A stretch of DNA of 55,486 nucleotides, taken from assembly GCA_964447245.1 (NCBI GenBank), contig CAYURX010000001.1:1-55486 (forward strand), written 5' to 3'. Origin of the DNA: an uncultured Coprococcus sp. Its GTDB lineage: Bacteria; Bacillota; Clostridia; Lachnospirales; Lachnospiraceae. Every line of letters starts with the position of its first letter. Position 1 is the stretch's first letter. Of the stretch, positions 38,721 to 48,031 are shown in pieces. A model generated the notes under the pieces. It searched no databases, was not told the origin of the DNA, and saw only the letters and a list, made by a program, of their open reading frames with translations. Position numbers and translations under genes: made by a program.

Positions 38721-40388
38721 TTGAAGACATGGAAAAAAGCGGTTTCGTGTGTCATAGCGGCAGGTATGCTGTTTGCGATGACAGCGTGCAGCCAGCAGGA
38801 ACAGTATATCATGGAGCCTGGTGTGGCCAATACAGATACTTCCCAGACATCATTTACGATCATGGGCGGCATCAGCGCGCTGAGCAAAGGCTACGATAAT
38901 AATGAAGTTTTAAATAAGCTGCAGGAGGATGCGGGCATTCATATTGATTGGAATGTCATGAGTGATTCCCTCAGTGAGCAGGTCAATATCCGTATTGCGG
39001 GCCGGCAGCTTCCGGACGCATTTCTGGGTGTTGGTTTTAACAATTATGACTTGACGACCTACGGCAGCGATGGCGCCTTTATTGATCTGACGCCGTATCT
39101 GACGGAGGAATATATGCCGAATCTGACCAGGATCCTTGAGGAAAATCCGGATATCAGAAGTGCCATCACCATGAGTGACGGCGGCATTTATGGCCTTCCG
39201 GCCGGTGAGAGAATGGGAACGGCCGGTATTGGCGTTGAAGATGATTATAGTATCTATACGATTCCGCAGTTCAGTATGATCAACAAAGCATGGCTTGACG
39301 AACTGGGGATGGAAGTACCGACGACTCTGGATGAACTGCATGAAGCGCTGGTGGCCTTTAAGGAAAATGATATGAGCGCAACCTATTATGGCAATGCAGC
39401 CGGCAGCACGATCCCGATGAGTACCGGTTTTGACCAGTGGTGCTGGGGACAGAATATTTTCTATGCAGGCTTTGGTTTTACCAACTGGCCGAATGATGTC
39501 ATCAATGACCTGGTATTAAACCCGGATGGTACGACAGAATTTATCTGTACCTCTGATAAATACCGTGACGCGGTGACTTATTTCCATGACTGGTACGCAG
39601 AAGGGCTGATGGACGTGGAAATGTTCAGCCAGAGCGATACCCAGTTGATTTCCAAGTGTTCACAGGGATATGTGGGCGTAGCCACATGGTGGTATATAGA
39701 AGAAGTTATGGGCGATTATGCAAAGGATTACGTTTTCCTGCCGATTCTTGACGGACCGGATGGTACCCATAATGTGACGGTGCGTACAGGCGGCGGTATC
39801 AACAGCGGCAATTTAAGTATTACAAGCGCATGCAAGAGCCCGGCCAATCTGCTGAAGTTCTTCGATCAGTGGTATGCGCCTGAAAATGTCATGCAGCTTC
39901 AGTACGGCCCCATCGGAACCTATTTTGTGGATCAGGATGAAAACGGTGTGTGGAACAGTATTTCTGATGACGCGGCAAAGGAGAAATTCGGCAAGACCGC
40001 CGGAGAGCTGAAGGGCGAGTATGAGGTGTACGGACCGAAGCTGATCCTCAGTGATTATTATAGTACGACATTCAAGATGGAGGACCGCGCCATTGAGCGT
40101 CTGGAAGATTTGTATTATTTCTGGATGCCATATGTTGACAATCCGGTGTCTTATCCTGTAGACTGTGTGTATACGGAAGAAGAACTGGATGTGATCGACC
40201 GGTTCAAGACTGATTTTGAGAGTACCGTTTCCGAGCAGGAAGGTTTGTGGCTGAAAGAGGGCGGTCCTGACGATGCCGAATGGGAGAGTTATCTGAACAA
40301 ACTGACGGAGAAATGTGGCATGAATGAATTGCTGGAAGTTTATCAGGCAGCTTACGACCGTTATGTGGAGGCAAAGGAGGCTGAGTAA
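38721..40388 (+). CDS. Oligosaccharide ABC substrate-binding lipoprotein
   Basis: Lipobox MTAC, INKAWLDELGMEVPTTLDE; TTG start after GGAG RBS. Confidence 0.88.
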   Translation: MKTWKKAVSCVIAAGMLFAMTACSQQEQYIMEPGVANTDTSQTSFTIMGGISALSKGYDNNEVLNKLQEDAGIHIDWNVMSDSLSEQVNIRIAGRQLPDAFLGVGFNNYDLTTYGSDGAFIDLTPYLTEEYMPNLTRILEENPDIRSAITMSDGGIYGLPAGERMGTAGIGVEDDYSIYTIPQFSMINKAWLDELGMEVPTTLDELHEALVAFKENDMSATYYGNAAGSTIPMSTGFDQWCWGQNIFYAGFGFTNWPNDVINDLVLNPDGTTEFICTSDKYRDAVTYFHDWYAEGLMDVEMFSQSDTQLISKCSQGYVGVATWWYIEEVMGDYAKDYVFLPILDGPDGTHNVTVRTGGGINSGNLSITSACKSPANLLKFFDQWYAPENVMQLQYGPIGTYFVDQDENGVWNSISDDAAKEKFGKTAGELKGEYEVYGPKLILSDYYSTTFKMEDRAIERLEDLYYFWMPYVDNPVSYPVDCVYTEEELDVIDRFKTDFESTVSEQEGLWLKEGGPDDAEWESYLNKLTEKCGMNELLEVYQAAYDRYVEAKEAE

Positions 40389-40472
40389 CGGCAATAGTTT
40401 CCGTTGAATTTTATCCGGTCAGCGCAGGAACGGACCAGACGATATAAAATGACAGGATTTTAGGAGAAGATT

Positions 40473-41960
40473 ATGACGAGTCAGACATTACGCGAAGCAC
40501 GCAAGTACGAAGAAGCTTCTGAAAAGTTTATCAAAAAAGAAGACAGACCGGCTTTTCATTTGTCCTCGCGGACAGGCTGGATGAATGATCCGAATGGATT
40601 TTCATATTATAACGGGCAGTACCATATGTTTTACCAGTATCATCCTTATGATTCCCATTGGGGACCGATGCACTGGGGTCATGCGGTGAGTAAAGATCTC
40701 CTGCACTGGGAGTATTTGCCGGCGGCTCTTGCACCGGATGAATGCTATGACAGGGATGGCTGCTTTTCGGGCAGCGCCATTGAACTTCCTGACGGAAGGC
40801 AGCTTCTGATGTATACCGGCGTTCTCAAGGAACGTCAGAAGAACGGCGGCGTGATGGAAGTACAGACCCAGTGCCTGGCCGTTGGCGATGGCGTGGATTA
40901 TGAAAAATATGAAAAGAATCCGGTGCTGGATGCGGATGATCTGCCGGAAGGCGGCAGCAGGTTTGATTTTCGTGATCCTAAAATCTGGCGAAAGGCGGAT
41001 GGCACCTACTGCTGTGCCATCGGCAACCGACCGGCAGACGGCAGCGGGCAGATCCTGCTTTATACCAGTGAGAATGGTTTTGACTGGCATTATAAAAAGG
41101 TGCTGGCCGCGAACAATAACCGGTTTGGCAAGATGTGGGAATGCCCGGACTTCTTTGAACTGGATGGTAAATGGGTGCTGCTCACAAGTCCGCAGGATAT
41201 GCTGCCTCAGGGTTTTGAGTATCACAACGGTAACGGGACGCTGTGCATGATCGGTGATTATGACGAATCGACGGATACCTTTACGGAACAGATGAATCAG
41301 TCCATTGATTATGGCATTGATTTTTACGCGCCGCAGACAGTTTTAATGCCGGACGGCCGCAGAGTCATGATCGGCTGGATGCAGAACTGGGACACATGTG
41401 CCATCCGGGGCCATGAAGAATTGTGGTTTGGACAGATAAGCCTGCCAAGGGAGTTGTCCGTCAAAAACGGAAGACTTTATCAAAAGCCCCTGCGTGAGCT
41501 GGAAGCTATGCGCTGTAAAAAAGTGGCCTACAAATCGGTTATGGTATCGGGAATCGTCAATCTGGAAGGGATCAAAGGGCGAAAGGTGGATATTGAACTT
41601 TGGATCTCTCCGGGGGATGAGCAGAAGCTGTATCAGAAATTTGCCATCCGGTTTGCGCAAAACGCGCAGTATCAGACGGCGGTCAGCTTCAGGCCCCATG
41701 AAAATATACTGAAGATCGACAGAAAGTTTTCCGGTTCCAGACGGGCCATTATTCATCAGCGCAGAAGCCGGGTGAACAGCGGGAATGGCTGCCTCAGACT
41801 GCGTCTGATCCTGGATCAGTTCAGTGTGGAAGTGTTTGTCAACGACGGCGAACAGGTCATGACATCCACGATTTATACGGAAAAAGAGGCTGATGGCATT
41901 TCGTTCTTTGCCGATGGCCGGGTCAAAATGGATGTTGTGAAATATGATTTAATTGGATAA
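40473..41960 (+). CDS. GH32 beta-fructofuranosidase / sucrose-6-phosphate hydrolase
   Basis: WMNDPNG, FSGS, RDP and WECPD catalytic motifs; no signal peptide. Confidence 0.95.
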   Translation: MTSQTLREARKYEEASEKFIKKEDRPAFHLSSRTGWMNDPNGFSYYNGQYHMFYQYHPYDSHWGPMHWGHAVSKDLLHWEYLPAALAPDECYDRDGCFSGSAIELPDGRQLLMYTGVLKERQKNGGVMEVQTQCLAVGDGVDYEKYEKNPVLDADDLPEGGSRFDFRDPKIWRKADGTYCCAIGNRPADGSGQILLYTSENGFDWHYKKVLAANNNRFGKMWECPDFFELDGKWVLLTSPQDMLPQGFEYHNGNGTLCMIGDYDESTDTFTEQMNQSIDYGIDFYAPQTVLMPDGRRVMIGWMQNWDTCAIRGHEELWFGQISLPRELSVKNGRLYQKPLRELEAMRCKKVAYKSVMVSGIVNLEGIKGRKVDIELWISPGDEQKLYQKFAIRFAQNAQYQTAVSFRPHENILKIDRKFSGSRRAIIHQRRSRVNSGNGCLRLRLILDQFSVEVFVNDGEQVMTSTIYTEKEADGISFFADGRVKMDVVKYDLIG

Positions 41961-41967
41961 AAACAGG

Positions 41968-42014
41968 CATAGCCGGTGATTCTTATGAACGCCGGCTATT
42001 TTTTTGCATATACT
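41968..42014 (+). promoter_or_regulatory. GH32 terminator overlapping a mother-cell (sigmaK/sigmaE-like) promoter
   Basis: ATAGCCGG...CCGGCTAT-T run; AC-N16-CATATACT. Confidence 0.5.
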
Positions 42015-42044
42015 GTCAATAATCCTGTAATGGGGAGAGTGTCT

Positions 42045-43523
42045 ATGTTCCTTGAAGCGATCCTGCGGGAGATCCCTGTGACACTGCGTCATGGCAGCCC
42101 TGCAATTGATATAAAGGATATAACCGATGATTCGAGAAAGGTGCGTGAGGACAGTTTATTTATCTGTATCCGGGGCATGGAGACGGATGGACACGCGTAT
42201 ATTCATGAGGCGTTAAAAAAAGGCGCTGCGGCGCTGCTGGTGGAAAACGATTATTATGAGAGCCATAAGAATGAGTTGAAAAATTGCGGTCCCGTGACGG
42301 TTGTATCGGTTCAGGACACACGGCAGGCGGCAGCGGCAGCGGCGGCGGCCTACTACGGGTACCCGTCAGAAGAATTGAAGGTGATCGGGATTACCGGAAC
42401 GAAAGGGAAGACAACAACATCCTATATGGTACGGACGATCCTCGAAAAAGCAGGATATAAAACGGGGCTTTTGGGTACGATAGATTATGGATTGGGAGAC
42501 AGGCGTCTGGCTTCGGAACGAACGACGCCGGAGGCCATCGATATACAGAAATATCTGCGGCATATGGCGGACAATGGCTGTCAGTTTGCTGTCATGGAAG
42601 TGTCTTCCCAGGGGCTGAAGCTGCACCGGGCTGACCATATTCGTTTTGATGTGGGGGTATTTACCAATCTTGGCAGTGATCATATCAGCGCCAGGGAACA
42701 TGCGGACATGAATGAGTACGCCAGATGCAAGGCGATGCTGTTCCAGAAATGCCGTATCGGTATCGGCAACAAAGATGATGCATGGTATGATCGAATATTT
42801 GAACAGGCAACCTGTAAGCGGGAAACATTTTCATGTGAAACGCAAGCGGATTTCCGGGCGGAGGATATTACCCTTGTGAACCGGGATGGCTGGCTTGGTA
42901 CGCTCTTTAGTGTCGGCAGTAAAGAATATAGCGTGGCTGTTCCGGGCCTGTTTTCGGTTTATAATGCGCTGGCGGCCATTGCCGTTTGCAGTTATTACGG
43001 TATTTCGCCGGATGTGATGCGCAGCGCTTTGTCTGAAACGATGGTGAAGGGACGGGTGGAGGTCATCAAAACCGACCGGCCGTATATGGTGCTCATTGAT
43101 TATGCCCACAATGCCATGAGCCTGAAAAATATTTTAACGACCATGCGCCGTTATCACCCTTACCGTCTGATGGTGCTCTTTGGCTGCGGCGGCGGCCGCG
43201 CGCGGGGACGGCGGAGAGAAATGGGCAAGGTGGCGGGAAAATATGCGGATTTTACGGTGATTACTTCCGATAATCCAAGATATGAGGAACCGGAAGCGAT
43301 TATGCAGGAAATTCAGGCCGGCATGGCGGAGACAACGGGGGAATATATCATGATTCCGGACCGAAAGGCGGCCATCCGGTATTTGCTGGGGCAGGGTCAG
43401 CGGGGCGATATTCTGATTCTGGCCGGCAAAGGCCATGAGTTGTATCAGGAAGTGGCGGGACAGAAAATCGATTTTGATGAAAGAAAAATTGTGCGGGAGA
43501 TTTTGAACGAATACGAGGGATGA
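42045..43523 (+). CDS. murE: UDP-MurNAc-L-Ala-D-Glu:meso-DAP ligase
   Basis: TGTKGKTT, TTPE, MEVSSQ, IDYAHN, FGCGGGR, TSDNPR, AGKGHE; ATG 42045 after GGGGAG. Confidence 0.92.
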   Translation: MFLEAILREIPVTLRHGSPAIDIKDITDDSRKVREDSLFICIRGMETDGHAYIHEALKKGAAALLVENDYYESHKNELKNCGPVTVVSVQDTRQAAAAAAAAYYGYPSEELKVIGITGTKGKTTTSYMVRTILEKAGYKTGLLGTIDYGLGDRRLASERTTPEAIDIQKYLRHMADNGCQFAVMEVSSQGLKLHRADHIRFDVGVFTNLGSDHISAREHADMNEYARCKAMLFQKCRIGIGNKDDAWYDRIFEQATCKRETFSCETQADFRAEDITLVNRDGWLGTLFSVGSKEYSVAVPGLFSVYNALAAIAVCSYYGISPDVMRSALSETMVKGRVEVIKTDRPYMVLIDYAHNAMSLKNILTTMRRYHPYRLMVLFGCGGGRARGRRREMGKVAGKYADFTVITSDNPRYEEPEAIMQEIQAGMAETTGEYIMIPDRKAAIRYLLGQGQRGDILILAGKGHELYQEVAGQKIDFDERKIVREILNEYEG

Positions 43524-43526
43524 CGA

Positions 43527-43940
43527 ATGCAATGGATAATACTCTGGCTGATCGGCCTGTCTTCCGGCATGGCCGTTGCGGCAGGTCTCTTTACTTTTCT
43601 TGCGATTACAGGCGTTCCCCACAGGCTGACGGCAGTGACCCACACGTCGGCCTGGGGACTCTGGTATGAATGGATGTTGATTCTTGGCGGGGTCATCGGC
43701 AATATTTTGTGGCTGTTGGCGCCAAAATTCCACATAGGCGTTGTCGTTCTGGCCGTACTTGGACTGCTCATCGGCATCTTTGTCGGCTGCCTGATCGGAG
43801 CCATCGCGGAAGTCCTGGATGCTTTTCCGGTTTTTTTGAGAAGGGCAAAAATTAAAAAAGGCATTGCTTTTATCGTAGTGGCTATGGCGGCCGGAAAGGC
43901 CGCCGGTGTGTTTGTGTGGTATTTTATACTGAACGGGTGA
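43527..43940 (+). CDS. spoVAB: Stage V sporulation protein AB
   Basis: GIFVGCLIGAIAEVLDAFPVFLRR, AAGKAAG; four TMs. Confidence 0.88.
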   Translation: MQWIILWLIGLSSGMAVAAGLFTFLAITGVPHRLTAVTHTSAWGLWYEWMLILGGVIGNILWLLAPKFHIGVVVLAVLGLLIGIFVGCLIGAIAEVLDAFPVFLRRAKIKKGIAFIVVAMAAGKAAGVFVWYFILNG

Positions 43941-44111
43941 TTTACAATAAGGGCGTCATATCGACCGGCAGATAGATGATGCCGTCTTCTTCTTTGAAAT
44001 CAAGTGTGTGCAACACATACGGAGTGTTGGCCTGTTCAGAATATTTGTCTGAAAATTTTCTGATTGAAGTCAGCGTATAGTTTTTGCCGGTGTAATGAAA
44101 GAAAATTTGAT

Positions 44112-44141
44112 GTATAAAATATCCTCTGACGGATGATAATA
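44112..44141 (+). promoter_or_regulatory. Forespore (sigmaG/sigmaF-like) promoter upstream of spoVAC
   Basis: GTATA-N18-GATAATA. Confidence 0.55.
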
Positions 44142-44165
44142 ACTGCGACAGGAAGGAGTCGGAAT

Positions 44166-44642
44166 ATGCAAATCAAAACGAAGAAAGAAAAATTAAAGAA
44201 GGAACATGATAAACTTTATAATGATTATGTGAAACGGGTGACGCCCACCCACAATTGCTGGCTGAATATGCTGAAGGCCTTTGTGAGCGGCGGTGTGATC
44301 TGTATGATCGGACAGTGTTTTTATGATTGGTACACATCGTGGGGTTTTGCGAAGGAAGTGGTTTCGGGTTACACGACACTGACCCTTGTTTTCATCAGTG
44401 TGGTGCTGACCTGTCTGAATCTGGTCAATCCCATCACGAAATTTGCCGGGGCCGGTTATCTTGTACCAATTACGGGCTTTGCCAATTCAGTGGCGGCCTG
44501 TGCCCTTGAGTTCAAGGCAGAGGGAGAGGTCTTTGGTATAGGAAGCAAGATATTTACCATTGCAGGCCCGGTGATATTATACGGCATTGTGACGAGCTGG
44601 ATATTGGGATTTATATACTGGCTGGTGCAGTTTGTGTTTTAA
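44166..44642 (+). CDS. spoVAC: Stage V sporulation protein AC
   Basis: KAFVSGGVICMIGQ, AGAGYLVPITGFANS, KIFTIAGPVILYG. Confidence 0.92.
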   Translation: MQIKTKKEKLKKEHDKLYNDYVKRVTPTHNCWLNMLKAFVSGGVICMIGQCFYDWYTSWGFAKEVVSGYTTLTLVFISVVLTCLNLVNPITKFAGAGYLVPITGFANSVAACALEFKAEGEVFGIGSKIFTIAGPVILYGIVTSWILGFIYWLVQFVF

Positions 44643-44742
44643 CATGCCGTATTTGGCCGAATGCTTGACAAATGCAAAGAGTTGTTATAGTATACAAAAG
44701 GACATTGACAATTTCAAATGGATTCACATAATTTGGACTCAC

Positions 44743-44885
44743 AAAGCGCCAGCACCGGAGAGGGTACTCCGGTTGACGAGGAAAAGGGTGATCGAAAATT
44801 CGGCGGATGCCCTTTCGTATATCCCGATGCGAGATATATTGACAAATATGCAGGTGACTGCAAAACAAATACAATATAACGGGAA
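44743..44885 (+). ncRNA. glmS ribozyme
   Basis: AGCGCCAG...GTTGACGAGG...ATCGAAAATTCGGCGGATGCC core directly upstream of glmS; TTGACA-N17-TAGTAT promoter at 44665. Confidence 0.95.
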
Positions 44886-44946
44886 TGAGTTTCAATCATA
44901 GAATAATAATAACAAATCAAATAGATAGAAATTGTGAGGAAAAATT

Positions 44947-46767
44947 ATGTGTGGAATAGTAGGCTATACAGGCAGACAAAATATAGAAAAACAGATCATG
45001 GACGCTCTTGAATTGCTGGAATACCGTGGGTATGACAGTGCGGGTATGGCGATTGCCGACGAGAGAAGCGGACAGATCCAGGTGCTCAAAAAGGCAGGCC
45101 GGGTTTATGATCTGCGTCATGTATGGGAGGAATCTCCGGTAGAGGGCCGGTGCGGCATCGGTCATACACGGTGGGCGACCCATGGCGGTGTGTGTGACGA
45201 TAATGCGCATCCCCACAGAGTAGGTCATGTGACGCTGGTGCACAATGGTATCGTTGAAAATTATCAGGAATTGAAGGATCATTTTAAGCTGGAAGACCAG
45301 TTGGTGTCTGAAACAGATACGGAAGTTGTGACAGGCGTCTTGAATTATTTTTACCATGGGGATCCCCATGACGCGCTGATCCAGACAGTGAAATATCTCA
45401 AGGGGACTTTTGCCCTTGTTGTTATTTTTGATGACAGGCCGGATGTGATCTACGCGATCCGCAATGTAAGCCCGATCGTGGCAGCTTACCGTGAAGACGG
45501 GACGATGCTGGCTTCGGATGTAACGGCCCTTGGCGGACAGACGACACAGTACATGGTTGTACCGGAATACAGTGTTGTGGAATTGCATGCGGATGCCATC
45601 CGGGTATTTGGTATGGATGGGCAGCCGGTGGAACCGGAATTTCTTGAGATTGACTGGGATACGACAAGAGGCGGAAAGGGTCAGTATCCTTTCTATATGG
45701 AAAAGGAAATTATGGAGCAGCCGGAGGCGATTGAGCGGACACTGGCATCCCGGTATGTGGATGGGCGTTTGTCTCTGGAGGCGGATGGTGTGCCGGATGA
45801 GATCCTGAAAGTTTGCGAGCGTATCTGTGTTGTGGCGTGTGGGACGGCGATGCACGCAGGTCTGGTGGCTCAGGCCCTGGTGCGGAAGATCCTGCATATG
45901 CATATGGATGTGGAATATGCTTCGGAATTTATGTATATGGATCCGGTGATTGATGAGAAGACGCTGGTATTGGCCATTTCCCAGTCCGGTGAGACGATTG
46001 ATACACTGGAAGCTTTAAAATACGCAAGGCGTAAAGGTGCAAAGAGTATTGCGGTTATCAATGTGAAAGGTTCCTCTATTGCCCGTGAAAGCGATTATGT
46101 CATGTATACGGCAGCAGGTCCGGAGATTGCGGTAGCCAGTACAAAAGCCTATACGACCCAGTTGGCGGCGTTGTATGCATTGATCGGCCGTATGGCTGTT
46201 GTGCGCGGAGTTTTTGATATCGGCGCGGAAAAGGCCTATGTGTCAGGTCTCCTTGAAGTTCCGGCGAAAATGCAGCAGGTGCTTGACAAGCGGGACGAGA
46301 TTCACCAGATCGCAAGGGAGTTGCTGGAATCCAAAGACGCATTCATGATCGGCCGTGGTCTGGATTATGCCATTTTGCTGGAAGGTGCCCTGAAGCTGAA
46401 GGAAATTTCCTATATACATACGGAAGCCTATGCGTCGGGAGAACTCAAACATGGCACGATTGCGCTGATTACAGAGAAGACACCGGTGATCGCCGTTGTG
46501 ACCCAGGAAAATATCCGGGATAAGGAATTATCCAATATCCGGGAAGTTCAGTCCAGAGGCGCCAGCGTTGTATTGATGGTGAAGGAAGACTTTGAAATGG
46601 AAGATGCGGATTATACCTATGTTCTGAAACTTCCGGCTCTGCCTGACCATCTGATGACATTTCCGGCTTCTGCAGCTTTGCAGTTGCTGGCTTATTATGT
46701 ATCTATGGATAAAGGTCTGGATGTGGATAAACCGAGAAATCTTGCAAAAGTTGTGACTGTGGAATAG
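44947..46767 (+). CDS. glmS: Glutamine--fructose-6-phosphate aminotransferase
   Basis: MCGIVG, EYRGYDSAG, GHTRWATHG, SQSGET, DKPRNLAKVVTVE. Confidence 0.98.
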   Translation: MCGIVGYTGRQNIEKQIMDALELLEYRGYDSAGMAIADERSGQIQVLKKAGRVYDLRHVWEESPVEGRCGIGHTRWATHGGVCDDNAHPHRVGHVTLVHNGIVENYQELKDHFKLEDQLVSETDTEVVTGVLNYFYHGDPHDALIQTVKYLKGTFALVVIFDDRPDVIYAIRNVSPIVAAYREDGTMLASDVTALGGQTTQYMVVPEYSVVELHADAIRVFGMDGQPVEPEFLEIDWDTTRGGKGQYPFYMEKEIMEQPEAIERTLASRYVDGRLSLEADGVPDEILKVCERICVVACGTAMHAGLVAQALVRKILHMHMDVEYASEFMYMDPVIDEKTLVLAISQSGETIDTLEALKYARRKGAKSIAVINVKGSSIARESDYVMYTAAGPEIAVASTKAYTTQLAALYALIGRMAVVRGVFDIGAEKAYVSGLLEVPAKMQQVLDKRDEIHQIARELLESKDAFMIGRGLDYAILLEGALKLKEISYIHTEAYASGELKHGTIALITEKTPVIAVVTQENIRDKELSNIREVQSRGASVVLMVKEDFEMEDADYTYVLKLPALPDHLMTFPASAALQLLAYYVSMDKGLDVDKPRNLAKVVTVE

Positions 46768-46837
46768 TCATAGAAAAAGAATAAACTGAGTATTAATTAT
46801 GTGAATCAAATGAAATTGAACAATGTGAAAAGCGACT

Positions 46838-46875
46838 GAGAGGGACTGTATTTAAGGAAGCAGTTCCTCTTTTTT
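46838..46875 (+). terminator. Intrinsic terminator after glmS
   Basis: AGAGGGACTG...CAGTTCCTCT stem plus T run. Confidence 0.7.
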
Positions 46876-46947
46876 CGATAAACGGAAAGATGGAAGAATC
46901 ATTTGTGCCAACAGTGTTGTCACAAATTTGAAAGGCGGTAGATTGTT

Positions 46948-47391
46948 ATGAGCAGTGAAATATTAGCGATTGGAAATCTGATTCAGATCATTAGACAGTC
47001 AAGACAGAATGCTTTGAAGAAAGTTAATGAAGAATACAGAGTACAGGTTGGTGGGGAAGACTATAAGATTGATCTATTGTTTTTCCACCGAGGTTTGCAG
47101 TGCCTGGTTGCCTTTGAATTAAAAATAGGAAAATTCAAGCCGGAATATATCTCAAAGATGGATTTCTATCTTGAAGCGCTTGACAGGCAGAAGAAAAAAG
47201 AGAATGAAAATCCAAGTGTCGGAATGATATTGTGTGCTTCCAAGGATGATGAGGTGGTTGAGTACGCAATGAGTAGGACGCTATCCCCTATGATGGTTGC
47301 GGAATATCAGCTTCAGCTACCTGATAAGAGTGTGTTGCAGAAGAAATTGCAGGAATTGATCAATTTGCCATTACTGGAGGATGATGAATAA
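46948..47391 (+). pseudogene. YhcG/DUF1016 PD-(D/E)XK nuclease-domain gene with a large in-frame internal deletion
   Basis: N-terminal SRQNALKKVNEE joins directly to C-terminal YRVQVGGEDYKIDLLFFHRGLQCLVAFELK...ENPSVGMILC; 147 aa versus roughly 330-350 aa usual for the family. Confidence 0.75.
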
Positions 47392-47427
47392 TTATGCTAA
47401 TTCAAATTTGATTGGAGTTAAAGAGGG

Positions 47428-47684
47428 ATGAAATTAAAAAATATATTGCTTGTTGTGAAAGATATAGAAAAATCAAAACAGTTTTATCATGACCTGTTTG
47501 GTCTTGAGATGGTGCTGGACAATGACGGCAACATGATTTTAACAGAAGGTCTTGTACTTCAGGACCAAATTTGTATCCTTCAATCAAATACGTGAACAGG
47601 CTTATGACTCATAGCTGGGGGCAGAAAGTCATTCGTTTTTATGATTTGGACGGTCATTTGATCGAGGTGGGAACACCAATGTAA
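47428..47684 (+). pseudogene. Glyoxalase/VOC family gene with internal deletion and frameshift
   Basis: MKLKNILLVVKDIEKSKQFYHDLFGL...GLVLQD in one frame; ...HSWGQKVIRFYDLDGHLIEVGTPM* in another; the middle is missing. Confidence 0.8.
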
Positions 47685-47770
47685 GATGAAAAATGCAACC
47701 CTGTTAAAAGCATTTTATTGATGAAAGATGTATTTAATGGATTTGAGATGGATTTCAGCCAAAAATAAAA

Positions 47771-47980
47771 ATGAGCGATAAAATGAGCGATAAAGAAAAG
47801 ATGTTTTATAAATTACTTCTTCAGACGTTTGCTAAATCAGATTTTGTAACAACAAAATTAATGTCTGAGGTTACGAGTATGGCAGAATCGACAACAAGGC
47901 GTTATTTGAACAGGTTTTGTGATCTGGATATTATTAAATCTAATGGAAGAAATAGGGGAACAAAGTATTATTTGTGCTAA
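47771..47980 (+). pseudogene. Isolated C-terminal winged-HTH remnant (Fic/RecG_C-like tail)
   Basis: 12-bp tandem ATGAGCGATAAA x2 (MSDKMSDK), STTRRYL...GRNRGTKY; no clear RBS. Confidence 0.55.
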
Positions 47981-48031
47981 GATATGATGCGAAGATCCAG
48001 TCTGACAAATTGGAGTGGAGGTGAATAGCAT

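Noticed and set aside
44611-44920. Short ORFs between spoVAC and glmS
   Set aside because: The region is explained by the glmS promoter and ribozyme
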